Origin: Methanobacteriota archaeon
GTDB lineage: Archaea; Thermoplasmatota; E2; DHVEG-1
NCBI GenBank assembly: GCA_963769885.1
Contig: CAVYNH010000007.1
Location: 64,001 to 128,000 of the forward strand
Reading direction: 5' to 3'
DNA: 64,000 nucleotides
The notes under the pieces are model-generated. The model did not search any database, was not told the DNA's origin, and worked only from the letters and a program-made list of their open reading frames with translations. The translations under genes were made by a program, and so were the position numbers. This document shows, piece by piece, positions 50,186-60,316 of this stretch (positions are counted from its first letter, which is position 1; each line of letters opens with the position of its first letter).

Positions 50186-50806
50186 TCACGCCAGAATGAT
50201 GACCGGATTGGCAAACGCCGTCGGGGTCCGGAAGTCAATGGGCCCCCAGGCTCCGCTCTCAGGGATGATATCACCGATGATCGTGACACCTTCCCCAATC
50301 CCTCCAAAACACGCCGTGGTATTCACCGCCAGCATCACGTTATCCCCCCGGTTGATCACCGGCTGCGCCGCCGAACAGGAGCCATCCGTATCCGTCAATA
50401 CGATCACCCCATACTCCGCTCCCGTCGAGGGAAAAGCCGCCTCCGAAAACACATCCCTCGTCCCCATGACCGCATCGACAAGGTCAGACGCGTTGAACGT
50501 CAACACGCACTTCGTCGCTGTGTCCGAGATCTCAATCGTCAGTCGGTTCAAACCCACCTGGAGGCTCCCCGGTTGCGGCGTAATCACCATCACTATCTTA
50601 TCGATCGCCCCGGAGGTATTATGTCCCTGAATGGTTACAATCTTGACTCCCGTCGAGACCTCCGTAATCGTCTGCTCTGCTGAGGTCTTCGACTGCGCCT
50701 GAAGCTGCTGGCTCGTCTGATAAATCGCAAACGCCGCCATCCCCACCAGCAAGACCACGGCGATAAACACAATCAGCATCCCAATGCCAACGGCCGCTCT
50801 ATCCAA
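50186..50806 (-). CDS. Archaellin-like protein
   Basis: RA|AVGIGMLIVFIA class III signal; LQAQS...EVST; INRGD; start uncertain. Confidence 0.85.
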   Translation of the reverse strand: MDRAAVGIGMLIVFIAVVLLVGMAAFAIYQTSQQLQAQSKTSAEQTITEVSTGVKIVTIQGHNTSGAIDKIVMVITPQPGSLQVGLNRLTIEISDTATKCVLTFNASDLVDAVMGTRDVFSEAAFPSTGAEYGVIVLTDTDGSCSAAQPVINRGDNVMLAVNTTACFGGIGEGVTIIGDIIPESGAWGPIDFRTPTAFANPVIILA

Positions 50807-50958
50807 AGCACTCCGCGGAATATGAATCCCCTCGTCTACTAGGTACCCTCAAAGTAAAGAATCACCAAGGTACTATTTGAGCATTATTCCCCCCAATAAA
50901 TATGGGTTGAAGGCGAATCTTTTTCAGGGAGAACAGGATTGAGGACCACCGTGGAACC

Positions 50959-51837
50959 ATGCCGCTCATCGACCTCCCCGACGTCCAATCCAGCCAAGCC
51001 CCCAGCCGCTTCAAACTCACCAGAGTCGGCGTCGCCGGCGTCAGACGACAAATCCCAATCAAACGCCCAAACAAAACCACGCTCACCCAACTCAACGTCA
51101 CCATGGACCTCTTCGTCGACCTCCCTGCCACCCAAAAAGGCAGCCACATGAGCCGCAACCTCGAACTCATCGCCAAACTCATCGACACCAACATCCAAAC
51201 CCCAGTTCCCGACCTCGAAACCTTCTGCGCCAACACCGCCGCCCTCCTCCTCACCAAACACGAATACGCCACCTTCTCCGAAGTCAAAGCCCAAGCCGAA
51301 TACTTCTACGACGTCCAATACCCCTCCGGCCAACAAGGCACCGAACCCTGCACCCTCATCGCCGAGGCCCGCATGACCCGCGGCGGCAGCCTCCGCAAAC
51401 TCATCGGCGTCCGCGTCCTCGGTATGACCGCCTGCCCCTGCGCCATGGAAGTCGTCCGCACCATCAGCGACCGCACCACAGACTCCCCCGCCCCCACCCA
51501 CAACCAACGCAACATCGGCACCCTCATGATCGAAGTCCCCAGCAACCACACCCTCGTCGACGCCGACAACCTCATCACCATCGTCCAAGACTCCTTCAGC
51601 TCACCCACCTACAGCCTCCTCAAACGACGCCAAGAGGCCGAACTCGTCCTCCGCGCCCACGAGAAACCCAAGTTCGTCGAAGACGTCGTCCGCGACATGC
51701 TCAAAAAAGTCCTCGACACCTACAAGCACCTCCCCGACGAAGTCCTCGTCATCGCCTGCAGCGAAAGCGAAGAATCCATCCACAAACACAACGCCTACGC
51801 CGAACGCATCACCACCCTCGGAGAACTCCGCAAATAA
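50959..51837 (+). CDS. mptA: GTP cyclohydrolase MptA (FolE2 family)
   Basis: LPDVQ, KGSHMSR, TACPC, HNQR, FVED, ESIH. Confidence 0.93.
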   Translation: MPLIDLPDVQSSQAPSRFKLTRVGVAGVRRQIPIKRPNKTTLTQLNVTMDLFVDLPATQKGSHMSRNLELIAKLIDTNIQTPVPDLETFCANTAALLLTKHEYATFSEVKAQAEYFYDVQYPSGQQGTEPCTLIAEARMTRGGSLRKLIGVRVLGMTACPCAMEVVRTISDRTTDSPAPTHNQRNIGTLMIEVPSNHTLVDADNLITIVQDSFSSPTYSLLKRRQEAELVLRAHEKPKFVEDVVRDMLKKVLDTYKHLPDEVLVIACSESEESIHKHNAYAERITTLGELRK

Positions 51838-51913
51838 CAAAACCAGCTCCAACCCTTTTTTCTGAGATTCCCTGAAAAAAAGCTTAAAAACCCGGTTCTG
51901 GTATCCCTTTGGC

Positions 51914-53035
51914 ATGCCAAAATATCAGATTGCAATCCTCCCCGGGGACGGCATCGGCAAAGACGTCATGGACGCCGCCAAGATCGTCCTCGACACCATG
52001 GCCCTCGACGCCGAGTACCGCCCCGGCGACATCGGCTGGGACTGCTGGCGCACCGAAGGCAACCCCCTCCCCGACCGCACCAAACAACTCCTCAAAGAGA
52101 CCGACTGCTGCCTCTTCGGCGCCATCACCTCAAAACCCAACGCCGACGCCCAAAAAGAACTCCGCCCCGACCTCCAAGGCAAAGGCATCGTCTACCAAAG
52201 CCCCATCGTCCAGCTCCGCCAAGAATTCAACCTCCACACCAACATCAGGCCCTGCAAGGCCTACCCCGGCAACCCGCTCAACTATCGTGATGATATCGAC
52301 CTCGTCGTCTTCCGGGAGAACACCGAGGACCTCTACACCGGCGTCGAATTCCGCCCCGTCCCCCAACCCGTCTTCGACGCCCTCATGACCCATAAGAAGA
52401 TGAAAGCCTTCGCTAAGACGCCACTAGATGAGATGGCGATCTCCTGCCGGATCATCACCAAAAAAGCGTCGCACAACATCATCAAAAACGCCTTCGAGTA
52501 CGCCGCAAAGCACAACCGTAGATCCGTCACCCTCGTCGAGAAACCCAACGTCCTCCGCGAAACCAGCGGCATGATGCTCGAAGAAGGCCGCAAAATCGCC
52601 TCATCCTACCCCTCAATTCCCTTCAAGGAAGTCAACGTCGACGCCATGTGCATGTGGCTCGTCAAAAACCCCCAGGACTACGACATCCTTGTCGCCTCGA
52701 ACATGTTCGGCGACATCATCTCAGACCTCGCCGCCCAACTCGTCGGCGGCCTTGGATTCGCCTCCAGCGGCAACATCGGAGACACCTACGCCGTCTTCGA
52801 ACCAACCCACGGCTCAGCTCCCAAGTACGCCGGCCGGTACAAGGTCAACCCCATGGCCATGCTCCTTACTGTCAAACTGATGCTGGAGTGGCTCGGCGAG
52901 AAAAAACACGCCACAAACCTCGAAGCAGCGGTCGCCCAGGTCATCAAGGATGGAAAAGTCAGGACCTACGACATGGGCGGCAAGAGCAGCACCCTTGACG
53001 TCGCCAGAGAAGTCGCCGCGAAACTCAACCAATAG
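51914..53035 (+). CDS. Isocitrate/isopropylmalate/homoisocitrate dehydrogenase family protein
   Basis: [29 protein letters not shown]. Confidence 0.93.
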   Translation: MPKYQIAILPGDGIGKDVMDAAKIVLDTMALDAEYRPGDIGWDCWRTEGNPLPDRTKQLLKETDCCLFGAITSKPNADAQKELRPDLQGKGIVYQSPIVQLRQEFNLHTNIRPCKAYPGNPLNYRDDIDLVVFRENTEDLYTGVEFRPVPQPVFDALMTHKKMKAFAKTPLDEMAISCRIITKKASHNIIKNAFEYAAKHNRRSVTLVEKPNVLRETSGMMLEEGRKIASSYPSIPFKEVNVDAMCMWLVKNPQDYDILVASNMFGDIISDLAAQLVGGLGFASSGNIGDTYAVFEPTHGSAPKYAGRYKVNPMAMLLTVKLMLEWLGEKKHATNLEAAVAQVIKDGKVRTYDMGGKSSTLDVAREVAAKLNQ

Positions 53036-53109
53036 GAAAACCGGGGGCTTCCACTTATTTCTTCAAAAGCCATTAAGGAAAAAACTGTTTAATTAAAAAA
53101 GGGGAAAAA

Positions 53110-53129
53110 GGTCTAGGTGCACCTAGACC
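53110..53129. terminator. Perfect 20-bp palindrome between convergent genes
   Basis: GGTCTAGGTGCACCTAGACC. Confidence 0.5.
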
Positions 53130-53174
53130 CGCGCCGCGAAAGAAAGAAAAGGGGTGAAAGAGTAGATGTTCCCT

Positions 53175-53510
53175 TTACACGTCCAGATATCCATCGAAGT
53201 GGGCCATCACAAAGTGTGGGCCGACCCATCCGATGAAGTCATTCGGGAGCTCAATTCTTTGGAGCAGGTGGAGATTTCCGCTCTTGCGCTGTCCGATGTT
53301 GTGGGTGGTGTAGTGGACAAGGACTGCACGGAATTCAATGGTGTGACCGCCGTTTACGAAGTGGCGAAGGCAGATGATCCCGACCATCTGTGTTCCACCG
53401 ATGATGGCTGTTGGTTGGTCGTTCGAGTGGTTCGTGGCGCCTGCTGCTATGGGAATCAGGCTTGTCATCAGCATGCACGTCAGGATAGCTATTAATTTTT
53501 TAGCGTTCAT
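53175..53510 (-). CDS. Small secreted protein
   Basis: MNAKKLIAILTCMLM signal peptide. Confidence 0.7.
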   Translation of the reverse strand: MNAKKLIAILTCMLMTSLIPIAAGATNHSNDQPTAIIGGTQMVGIICLRHFVNGGHTIEFRAVLVHYTTHNIGQRKSGNLHLLQRIELPNDFIGWVGPHFVMAHFDGYLDV

Positions 53511-53773
53511 ATTTTTCCCCATTTCCTTAATATCCCATATAATATTTAAATTTTTTGCCATTTTAGCTCCTGGTCGCCTCTGGGACTCACTTTCCAGGGT
53601 TCAACAACAGGAGGCCCATAATGCCTTATTTTAATAAAGTGTTTTTATAAAAAACATTATTTAGAACCCGGTTTTATCGTCTGGGGCATTCAATCGCCGC
53701 CGTGAAACGGGCCAGCAAGGCAGAAGGCCAGTCGCCCGTTGTGTGCTGTTGTTTGATATTATCTTTATTAGGA

Positions 53774-54362
53774 TTATATAGTGCTTAAGGAGGTGGCGAT
53801 GCGGGAGAGCTTGTCTTCTGATCGGTGGAGGATCTCGTTGGCGAGATTGATAAGGAGGGAGAGGTAGTCGTTTGTACAATAGAGAATCCCGTTGTTTCCG
53901 ATAGGGGCGTCGAGGCGTTCGGTGCTGGCGATTTCGACGATGATGCGTTTTCCGAGGGAGCGGATGGCGGAGTTTTTAAACCCGGCGGCGTTGGCGGCTT
54001 TGATGAGCCGCTCTGCTCCTTGGAGGGAGTCAGCGCCGGCGTGGATGATAGGAGATTGCCCGAGGATCCAGAGGACGCCGGTCGTTGCCTTTTGAGTACC
54101 TAGTTTTCACTTCGTCCAGGGTTGTGGGCTGATGCCAGCATCCGAGGAAGTCGGCGTGTTGTTTGTCTCCAAGGCGGGGGATTTGGAGGAGGAGGATACG
54201 GCCGGCGCAGCTGCTGAGGGTGTAATAGCCAGGGAGGCTGTTGATCTGGGTGAGGATGGGGAGGATTTGGGTGTCGACGTCGCCGGTGGTGCAGGCGGTG
54301 GTGAGGGCGGCGAGGGCGCGTTCTTTGGCGTCGAGGAACTCTTTTACTTCCTGGGGCGTCAT
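53774..54362 (-). CDS. tyw3: tRNA wybutosine methyltransferase TYW3/Taw3 (+1 frameshift near 54098)
   Basis: YYTLSSCAGRI; second frame PIIH...AGFKNSAI...VEIASTERLDAP. Confidence 0.88.
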
Positions 54363-54368
54363 GGCTGA

Positions 54369-55523
54369 TTACCGTCCTTGGCGGAGGGTGCGGCGGAGGT
54401 TGACGCCGCGTCTGCGCAGCTCCGTCTGCATGGGTGGGAAGGGAACGATTTCTTCTGGGCAGAAGACGCCGGGGGTGTTGATGGTGCCGTGGTGGAGGAG
54501 TTGGGCGGTGATAGAGACGGGGTAGCCTGTGGTGCGCATCATGGCGGATATCCCGTGGTGCGTGTCGCAGTAGTCGATGAGTGTATAGTCGAGCCGTGTG
54601 GGGTGTCCGTTTTTGGTTCCTTCTCCGAGGACTTTTAAAAGGACGACGTCGTCGCCTTCAGTGGGGAGGTGCTGTTTGAGAAGGGTGATGAGGACCGCTC
54701 TGGGGGCGATGGTGGCGTGGCCGATGGCAAGAGGCTTGATATCGGCGAGGCCGAGGTCGAGGAGGGTTTTTATCCTGTCGCAGTGGCCGGGGTAGCGGAT
54801 GGTCTTATAGTCGAGGTGCTGAATCCTAGTTTTGTAGGTGGTGGGGAGGATGGAGCAGCCGCCGGAGGTGAGGAAGGCTTCCATGCGGCCATAGGGTGGG
54901 GGGAAGTGGATGGGTTCCAGCTCGGTCATGGAGGGTTTGGTGAGGATGCGGCCGTGATCGAGGACGAGGGCGTCTTCGACGTATTCGTTGATGAGGCCGT
55001 CGGGGGAGAAGACGAGTTGGTAGTTGAGGGGCGGGCGGGGGTGGACCGGGAGGCCGCCGACTCTGAGTTTGACGCTAGAGACGGTGTCGAGGGTGTCGAC
55101 GATGTCGCGGGTGATGATGGAGACGAGGCCGGGGGCGAGGCCGCTGTCGGGGATGACGGTGACCTTGTGGTTGATGGCGTCGTGGTGCATGGCGCGTTCG
55201 GCGGCGACGATGTCGTTGTTGCCGCCGAGGTCGATGAAGTGGGTGGCGGTGGCGATGGCTGCTTTGGCGAGTGCGGCGTTGTGGTAGTAGGGGACGGCGG
55301 AGACGGCGATGTCGACGTTCTTGAAGGCTGAGGTGATTTGGGTGGGGCTGGCGGCGTCGAGGGTGGTGTAGTCAACGGTGGTGTCTTTGAGGAGTTTTTT
55401 GGCTTGGGTGAGGGTGTGGGGGTCTTTGTCCGCGAGGAGGATTCTGGTGAACTGGGAGTGTGTGGCGAGGTCGTAGGTGATGGCGCGGCCCATCATGCCG
55501 GCGCCGAGGACGAGGATGTCGAT
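54369..55523 (-). CDS. Saccharopine/lysine dehydrogenase family protein
   Basis: DILVLGAGMMG, DSGLAPG, VGGLP, YKTIRYPGH; no canonical start codon before the Rossmann strand. Confidence 0.88.
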   Translation of the reverse strand: MDILVLGAGMMGRAITYDLATHSQFTRILLADKDPHTLTQAKKLLKDTTVDYTTLDAASPTQITSAFKNVDIAVSAVPYYHNAALAKAAIATATHFIDLGGNNDIVAAERAMHHDAINHKVTVIPDSGLAPGLVSIITRDIVDTLDTVSSVKLRVGGLPVHPRPPLNYQLVFSPDGLINEYVEDALVLDHGRILTKPSMTELEPIHFPPPYGRMEAFLTSGGCSILPTTYKTRIQHLDYKTIRYPGHCDRIKTLLDLGLADIKPLAIGHATIAPRAVLITLLKQHLPTEGDDVVLLKVLGEGTKNGHPTRLDYTLIDYCDTHHGISAMMRTTGYPVSITAQLLHHGTINTPGVFCPEEIVPFPPMQTELRRRGVNLRRTLRQGR

Positions 55524-55669
55524 GGGGATCGGGGCTCCTTATGGTGGTTTTTTTGCGGTGAATCGGGGTCGTGGGTTATTAAATCTGTGGAGGACAGTGG
55601 TGGAGGCGTATCAGTTTAATAGTTTGGTGTTGTTACCGGAACCGGACTCCTTTCGGGAGAGGGCGTGTC

Positions 55670-56965
55670 ATGAACTCTAGTACGCTTTGGGACCCTAAGC
55701 ATGAGGCGTTATCGTCTGAAGATTTATTGAAGTTACAGACCCAGCGGTTCAAGGCGCTGGTGGCTCGGGTGTATCAATCGAATCAGTATTATCGGAAGCG
55801 GCTGAATGATGCGAAGGTCAAGCCGACTGGGATCTCGTCTCTGAGGGATATTGGGAGGATCCCGTTGTTGACGAAGCAGGATTTGCGGACGTATTATCCG
55901 TTCGGGCTGGTGTGTACGCCGTTGGATGATATCGTGGAGGTGCATGCGTCGTCGGGGACAACGGGGAAGCCAGTCGTCGGGCCGTACACTCGGAATGACC
56001 TGGAGTTGTGGGCTGAGGTGATGGCGCGGTCGCTGTATGCGAACGGGGTGCGGAAGTCTGATGTGTTGCAGAATGCGTACGGCTATGGGTTCTTCACGGG
56101 GGCGCATGGGTTCGAGCGGGGGGCCGAGCGGATCGGGGCCATGGTCCTGACGATTGGCTCGGGGAACACGGACCGGCAGATTGACGTTCTTCGGGATTTC
56201 AAGAGCACGGTGCTGGCGTGTACCCCATCGTATGCCTTGCATATCGCGGAGGTCGCAGAGGAGAAAGGCCTTGATCCCGCGGAGGATTTCAGTCTGCGGT
56301 TGGGCGCGTTTGGGGCGGAGTCCTGGAGCGACAGTATCCGTAAGAGCGTCGAGGACCGCTGGCATATCACCGCGTGCGAACACTATGGCCTCACGGAGAT
56401 CATCGGGCCTGGCGTCGTCTCGGAGTGCTCGGAGCGTCATCTGCATATCAACGCGGATTATTTCTACCCGGAGATCATCGACCCGAACACGGGTGAGGCC
56501 CTGGAGTACGGGACTGAGGGGGAGCTGGTGTTCACGACGTTGACGAAGGAGGCGTTCCCGGCGCTTCGGTTCCGGACCCGGGACCTGGCGATGATCTCGG
56601 ATGAGACCTGTTCCTGTGGGCGGACGCTGCCGATCATGTCGCGGATTAAGGGCCGTAGCGATGATATGATGAAGGTGAAGGGCGTCATCGTGTTCCCGTC
56701 ACAGATTGAGGCCGCGCTCATGGTCACGCCGGGCGTCAGCGACAACTACCAGATCATCAAGAAGAAACAGGGCGACATGTATTCGTTGTCAGTCGAGGTG
56801 GAACCGACAGAGGAACGTTATAGAGAGGGTCACCTGGATGAGTTGGAGAAGCGGGCGGAGGCCGAGATCTACCGGATCCTGAACCTGCATGTCCCTGTTC
56901 AAGCCATTGTCCCCAAATCAATCCCGCGCAGCACCGGGAAGGCAAAAAGAGTGATAGAACGGTAG
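55670..56965 (+). CDS. paaK: Phenylacetate-CoA ligase family protein
   Basis: HASSGTTGKP, YGLTEIIGPG, RFRTRD, GRSDDM. Confidence 0.9.
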   Translation: MNSSTLWDPKHEALSSEDLLKLQTQRFKALVARVYQSNQYYRKRLNDAKVKPTGISSLRDIGRIPLLTKQDLRTYYPFGLVCTPLDDIVEVHASSGTTGKPVVGPYTRNDLELWAEVMARSLYANGVRKSDVLQNAYGYGFFTGAHGFERGAERIGAMVLTIGSGNTDRQIDVLRDFKSTVLACTPSYALHIAEVAEEKGLDPAEDFSLRLGAFGAESWSDSIRKSVEDRWHITACEHYGLTEIIGPGVVSECSERHLHINADYFYPEIIDPNTGEALEYGTEGELVFTTLTKEAFPALRFRTRDLAMISDETCSCGRTLPIMSRIKGRSDDMMKVKGVIVFPSQIEAALMVTPGVSDNYQIIKKKQGDMYSLSVEVEPTEERYREGHLDELEKRAEAEIYRILNLHVPVQAIVPKSIPRSTGKAKRVIER

Positions 56966-56974
56966 CCTAGAGTG

Positions 56975-58180
56975 CTACCGTCGTTTTACTGCCAGCCACA
57001 GGATCAAGCAGATGAGTAGTGCTCCAAGGACTGCGGCTATGGGCACGATTCCTCCGGCGAATGGGAAGAGGATTGGGAAGACGACTGGGAGGACTGCTGC
57101 CCCAATATTGCTGATGGAGACGTAGAGGCTTGCTGCGATGCCGACGTTGGCCTCGGTGACCCCAGGTTCGGTCTCCTGGCTGTAGAGTGCCAGCGGCCAG
57201 GATGCCTGAAGGCAGAGTCCGAAGAAAAACGCGGCGATGAGGACAAGCAGCCAGCTCATGTCTGTTATGTGGAGGTAGTACATCAGGATCCAAAATATAA
57301 TTGCTCCAATAATCACTGAGATGGTGACTCTCTTCAGCCCGACGCGCTTCATGATGAACGGTGCGGCGAACGCTCCGATAGCACAGCCATACAGCAAGGT
57401 CCCGGCGATGTACCCTCCTGTCGCTCCGGGGTACAGGAAGTGGGTGAAGGCGGAGATGACCAGGGTGATGCCGACGACGAAGAAACCGATGAAGGGGTAG
57501 AGGTAGGCGTTGCGCTGACCGAAGACGTTACGCATGCCTTCTGCGAACTTCATCTTGACGACGGTGGGGCGTTCCTCCGGTGGCGTCGCTGGGTGGTCTT
57601 TCGCTGCGACGACCCAGAGCAGGAAGCTGATGACCGCGAGGATGCCGAAGATGAGATAGCCGGTATACCCCGGTTGTGGTTCATTGTTGATGCCGATGAG
57701 GAGAGGCATGGCAAGGGAGCCGGTACCGAACCCGATGAACAATCCAGAGGCTGCAATACCAACTGAGAGGCCTGATGACTTCGCTGGGAACCAGCGCAGC
57801 ATCTGTGGTGCCAAGGCGACGAGGATCCAGGCGAGACCGATACCGGCGATGATGCTGGTCAGCATCAGTGACTCGAAACTCGTGAGCAACCAGGGGCGGA
57901 TGCCGAAGCCGATGGCCATGAAGAGCGCGCCGATGGTAATCGAGAGCTTCGGTCCTCGTTGGTCAATGAGTCGGCCGGCGGGCCAGGCGAAGAAGACAAC
58001 GAACATCCCGATCAAGGATATGAGCAGATGTGCTTCCCAGTCGGGAACATGGAACAATCCTTCATATCGGGTCAACATAGGGGACAGGGCGAACCAGTTC
58101 GCCCCGTACGCGAAGATCACTAGCCAGAAGAGGGCGACAACCACCCATCGGTAGGAATAGACTTTTTGCTCCATACGCAC
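56975..58180 (-). CDS. MFS transporter
   Basis: About 12 TM segments; GRLIDQRGPK motif A. Confidence 0.9.
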   Translation of the reverse strand: MRMEQKVYSYRWVVVALFWLVIFAYGANWFALSPMLTRYEGLFHVPDWEAHLLISLIGMFVVFFAWPAGRLIDQRGPKLSITIGALFMAIGFGIRPWLLTSFESLMLTSIIAGIGLAWILVALAPQMLRWFPAKSSGLSVGIAASGLFIGFGTGSLAMPLLIGINNEPQPGYTGYLIFGILAVISFLLWVVAAKDHPATPPEERPTVVKMKFAEGMRNVFGQRNAYLYPFIGFFVVGITLVISAFTHFLYPGATGGYIAGTLLYGCAIGAFAAPFIMKRVGLKRVTISVIIGAIIFWILMYYLHITDMSWLLVLIAAFFFGLCLQASWPLALYSQETEPGVTEANVGIAASLYVSISNIGAAVLPVVFPILFPFAGGIVPIAAVLGALLICLILWLAVKRR

Positions 58181-58257
58181 AAATCCTCTCCGCCCGATGG
58201 TAACATGTTACTCTATTAAAGCTTGTCTAAATGGTCGATGAACCCTGGTAGGTTATT

Positions 58258-59376
58258 CTAGTAGGGATTCTTTGCCGGGTGCCAGTCGAAGTTAATCCAT
58301 CTTTTCCCATGGATTATCATGGGTCCTGAGCCGTCCCAAGAGTCCCAATAGTTACGAGCCCAGCGTGAGCCTATGGTATCCATGAAATAGGCATCCATGC
58401 CGTTCTTGAAGAAGTTATTTTTTGTGACAGACGCCAGAAAAGATCCAACAAAGAGAATGCCTGTTTGATTGCATTCTGAAATCGAGTTGGCAGTAATGGA
58501 AGTCGACAAAGCTGAAAGCAAATTGATGCCATTCCGACAATGGGAAATATTGTTGCCCGAGATCAAATTAAAACCACCAACCCAAATAGCAATACCATCA
58601 ACAAACTTTGTTATGGTATTCCCAACGATTCTATTTGATGAAAACGCTTGATCTATGCCCTGACTAATATTGAGGCCCCCTGGATGAGTTGCATTAGCGA
58701 TAATATTTCCTTCAATCAGACAATGGCAACCTTGTGTATAGATTCCCTCAAATGCCGGATAGAGAATGGTGTTCCCACGGATGGTCGATAATGTTAGAAA
58801 AGAGTCAATCCCAATTGCCGTCCTGTTTGTATATCCCGGGGTACCGACTGACATGATCGTATTCCCGGAGATGATGGAGTGAAAGGTCAATGCCTGCACG
58901 ATGCCCGTCCTAGTGTTGATGAAGGTATTATTTGAGATGTTGACGTTCGATGATTTCTGAATATGAATGCCAGAATCAAATTCATTGAGGCTGCAGTTCC
59001 TGATCGTGAACCCGGAGACGCGGACCCCGTTCGTGCCATAGATATAGAGGACGTCTGAGCTTCCACCGCCTCCCATCCCGTCGATGACCGTGGTCTCCTT
59101 ATCCTCGCCGATGAGGCGAATCGACTTGTCGATGACGATGTTTTTTTCGTAGTACGGTGATGAGTCATTGTAAACGAAGACGGTGTCCCCCGCGGCAGCG
59201 TCAAGGACCGCGTCTGTGATGTTACTGTAATTCCCAGGCCCAGAGCCTCCAACGTAGAGGATGACTCCCGAAGTCCCGCGCGCTTGTTGCGACGATACCG
59301 GAACTGCCATACTCAAACAGCATAGGACGGCGACAAGGAAACGGACTCTTTTCCCGTTATCTCTTTCCATTTTCAA
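58258..59376 (-). CDS. Secreted right-handed beta-helix (NosD-like) protein
   Basis: LYVGGSGPGNYSNI, ISGNTI repeats, FDWHPAK C-terminus. Confidence 0.88.
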   Translation of the reverse strand: MKMERDNGKRVRFLVAVLCCLSMAVPVSSQQARGTSGVILYVGGSGPGNYSNITDAVLDAAAGDTVFVYNDSSPYYEKNIVIDKSIRLIGEDKETTVIDGMGGGGSSDVLYIYGTNGVRVSGFTIRNCSLNEFDSGIHIQKSSNVNISNNTFINTRTGIVQALTFHSIISGNTIMSVGTPGYTNRTAIGIDSFLTLSTIRGNTILYPAFEGIYTQGCHCLIEGNIIANATHPGGLNISQGIDQAFSSNRIVGNTITKFVDGIAIWVGGFNLISGNNISHCRNGINLLSALSTSITANSISECNQTGILFVGSFLASVTKNNFFKNGMDAYFMDTIGSRWARNYWDSWDGSGPMIIHGKRWINFDWHPAKNPY

Positions 59377-59725
59377 CCCCCGTTAAAGAACAAAGACTTG
59401 ATGAGATATTTAATATTAATGGCAAAGGGGATTAAAAGAACGAGGAAAAGGGGACGCCCGAAGAGAGCGCCACGCGGACACCAAATGCCCACGCGCGCAG
59501 CTCCCACAGAAGGCCAGGCACCGGCGCCAAACGCCGCCGCCCGCCCACCGGGCAATGATACTATTTGTCACTCCCCCTATTTATAGCTTGTCCCGCCAAC
59601 TCCCACCCCATTAAAAACACCAGGGTACCAGAAACCCTATAACACCACAACAACTACCACCACACTGCCTCTATCCAAAGAGAATCGGTGACTATGATGA
59701 TCCGATTTGACGACATAGAGGTACA

Positions 59726-59757
59726 GAGAAGCCCCTGGCACCCTACCGGGGCTTCTC
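59726..59757. other. Strong intergenic hairpin
   Basis: GAGAAGCCCC...GGGGCTTCTC. Confidence 0.5.
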
Positions 59758-59833
59758 CCCATATACTAATATTTTCAAAAAAAATTTAAATAAACCCATT
59801 TATATTCGCTCGCTCGTCTGGGAGAAAAAGCAA

Positions 59834-60316
59834 ATGGGAGGAAATCGAGCCCGTCGTTTGTGGTCTTCAAACGAGGACGCGGTGTCCGAAGAGTACACCG
59901 CACTGCCTGCCCTCTGCACGGTCGTCATCGGCCTGGCGCTGTTTTTCCTTCTCCTCGCGCACGCATACACTGCGTCACAGGCCCAAAGCGAGACGATCCG
60001 CACCTACCACACGGCAGAGCTCCTCACGGAAAAACTCCTCGACCCTGCCAACGCCTTCATGCTGCCGGGGGGCATCCTCGACATTGCCTCCTTCGCTGAC
60101 GCAGCCGAGCCCCCCCGACTCCGGCAGGAATATTCCCCCTCAGGGTTCGATTTCCTCATCCGTCTCACCTACAACCACACCGCCATCACCCTCCCCGCCA
60201 ACGCCACCATCCCACAGACCTACATCGCCGCCTCACGCACCCTCCCCGTCGCCCTCAGCGACGCCCAGACCGTCCCCGGCACCCTCACCGTCCTCCTCTG
60301 GAGACGGCCCGCATGA
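59834..60316 (+). CDS. Pilin-like membrane-anchored protein
   Basis: EDA|VSEEYTALP class III-like signal plus TM helix; C-terminal LTVLLW. Confidence 0.65.
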   Translation: MGGNRARRLWSSNEDAVSEEYTALPALCTVVIGLALFFLLLAHAYTASQAQSETIRTYHTAELLTEKLLDPANAFMLPGGILDIASFADAAEPPRLRQEYSPSGFDFLIRLTYNHTAITLPANATIPQTYIAASRTLPVALSDAQTVPGTLTVLLWRRPA

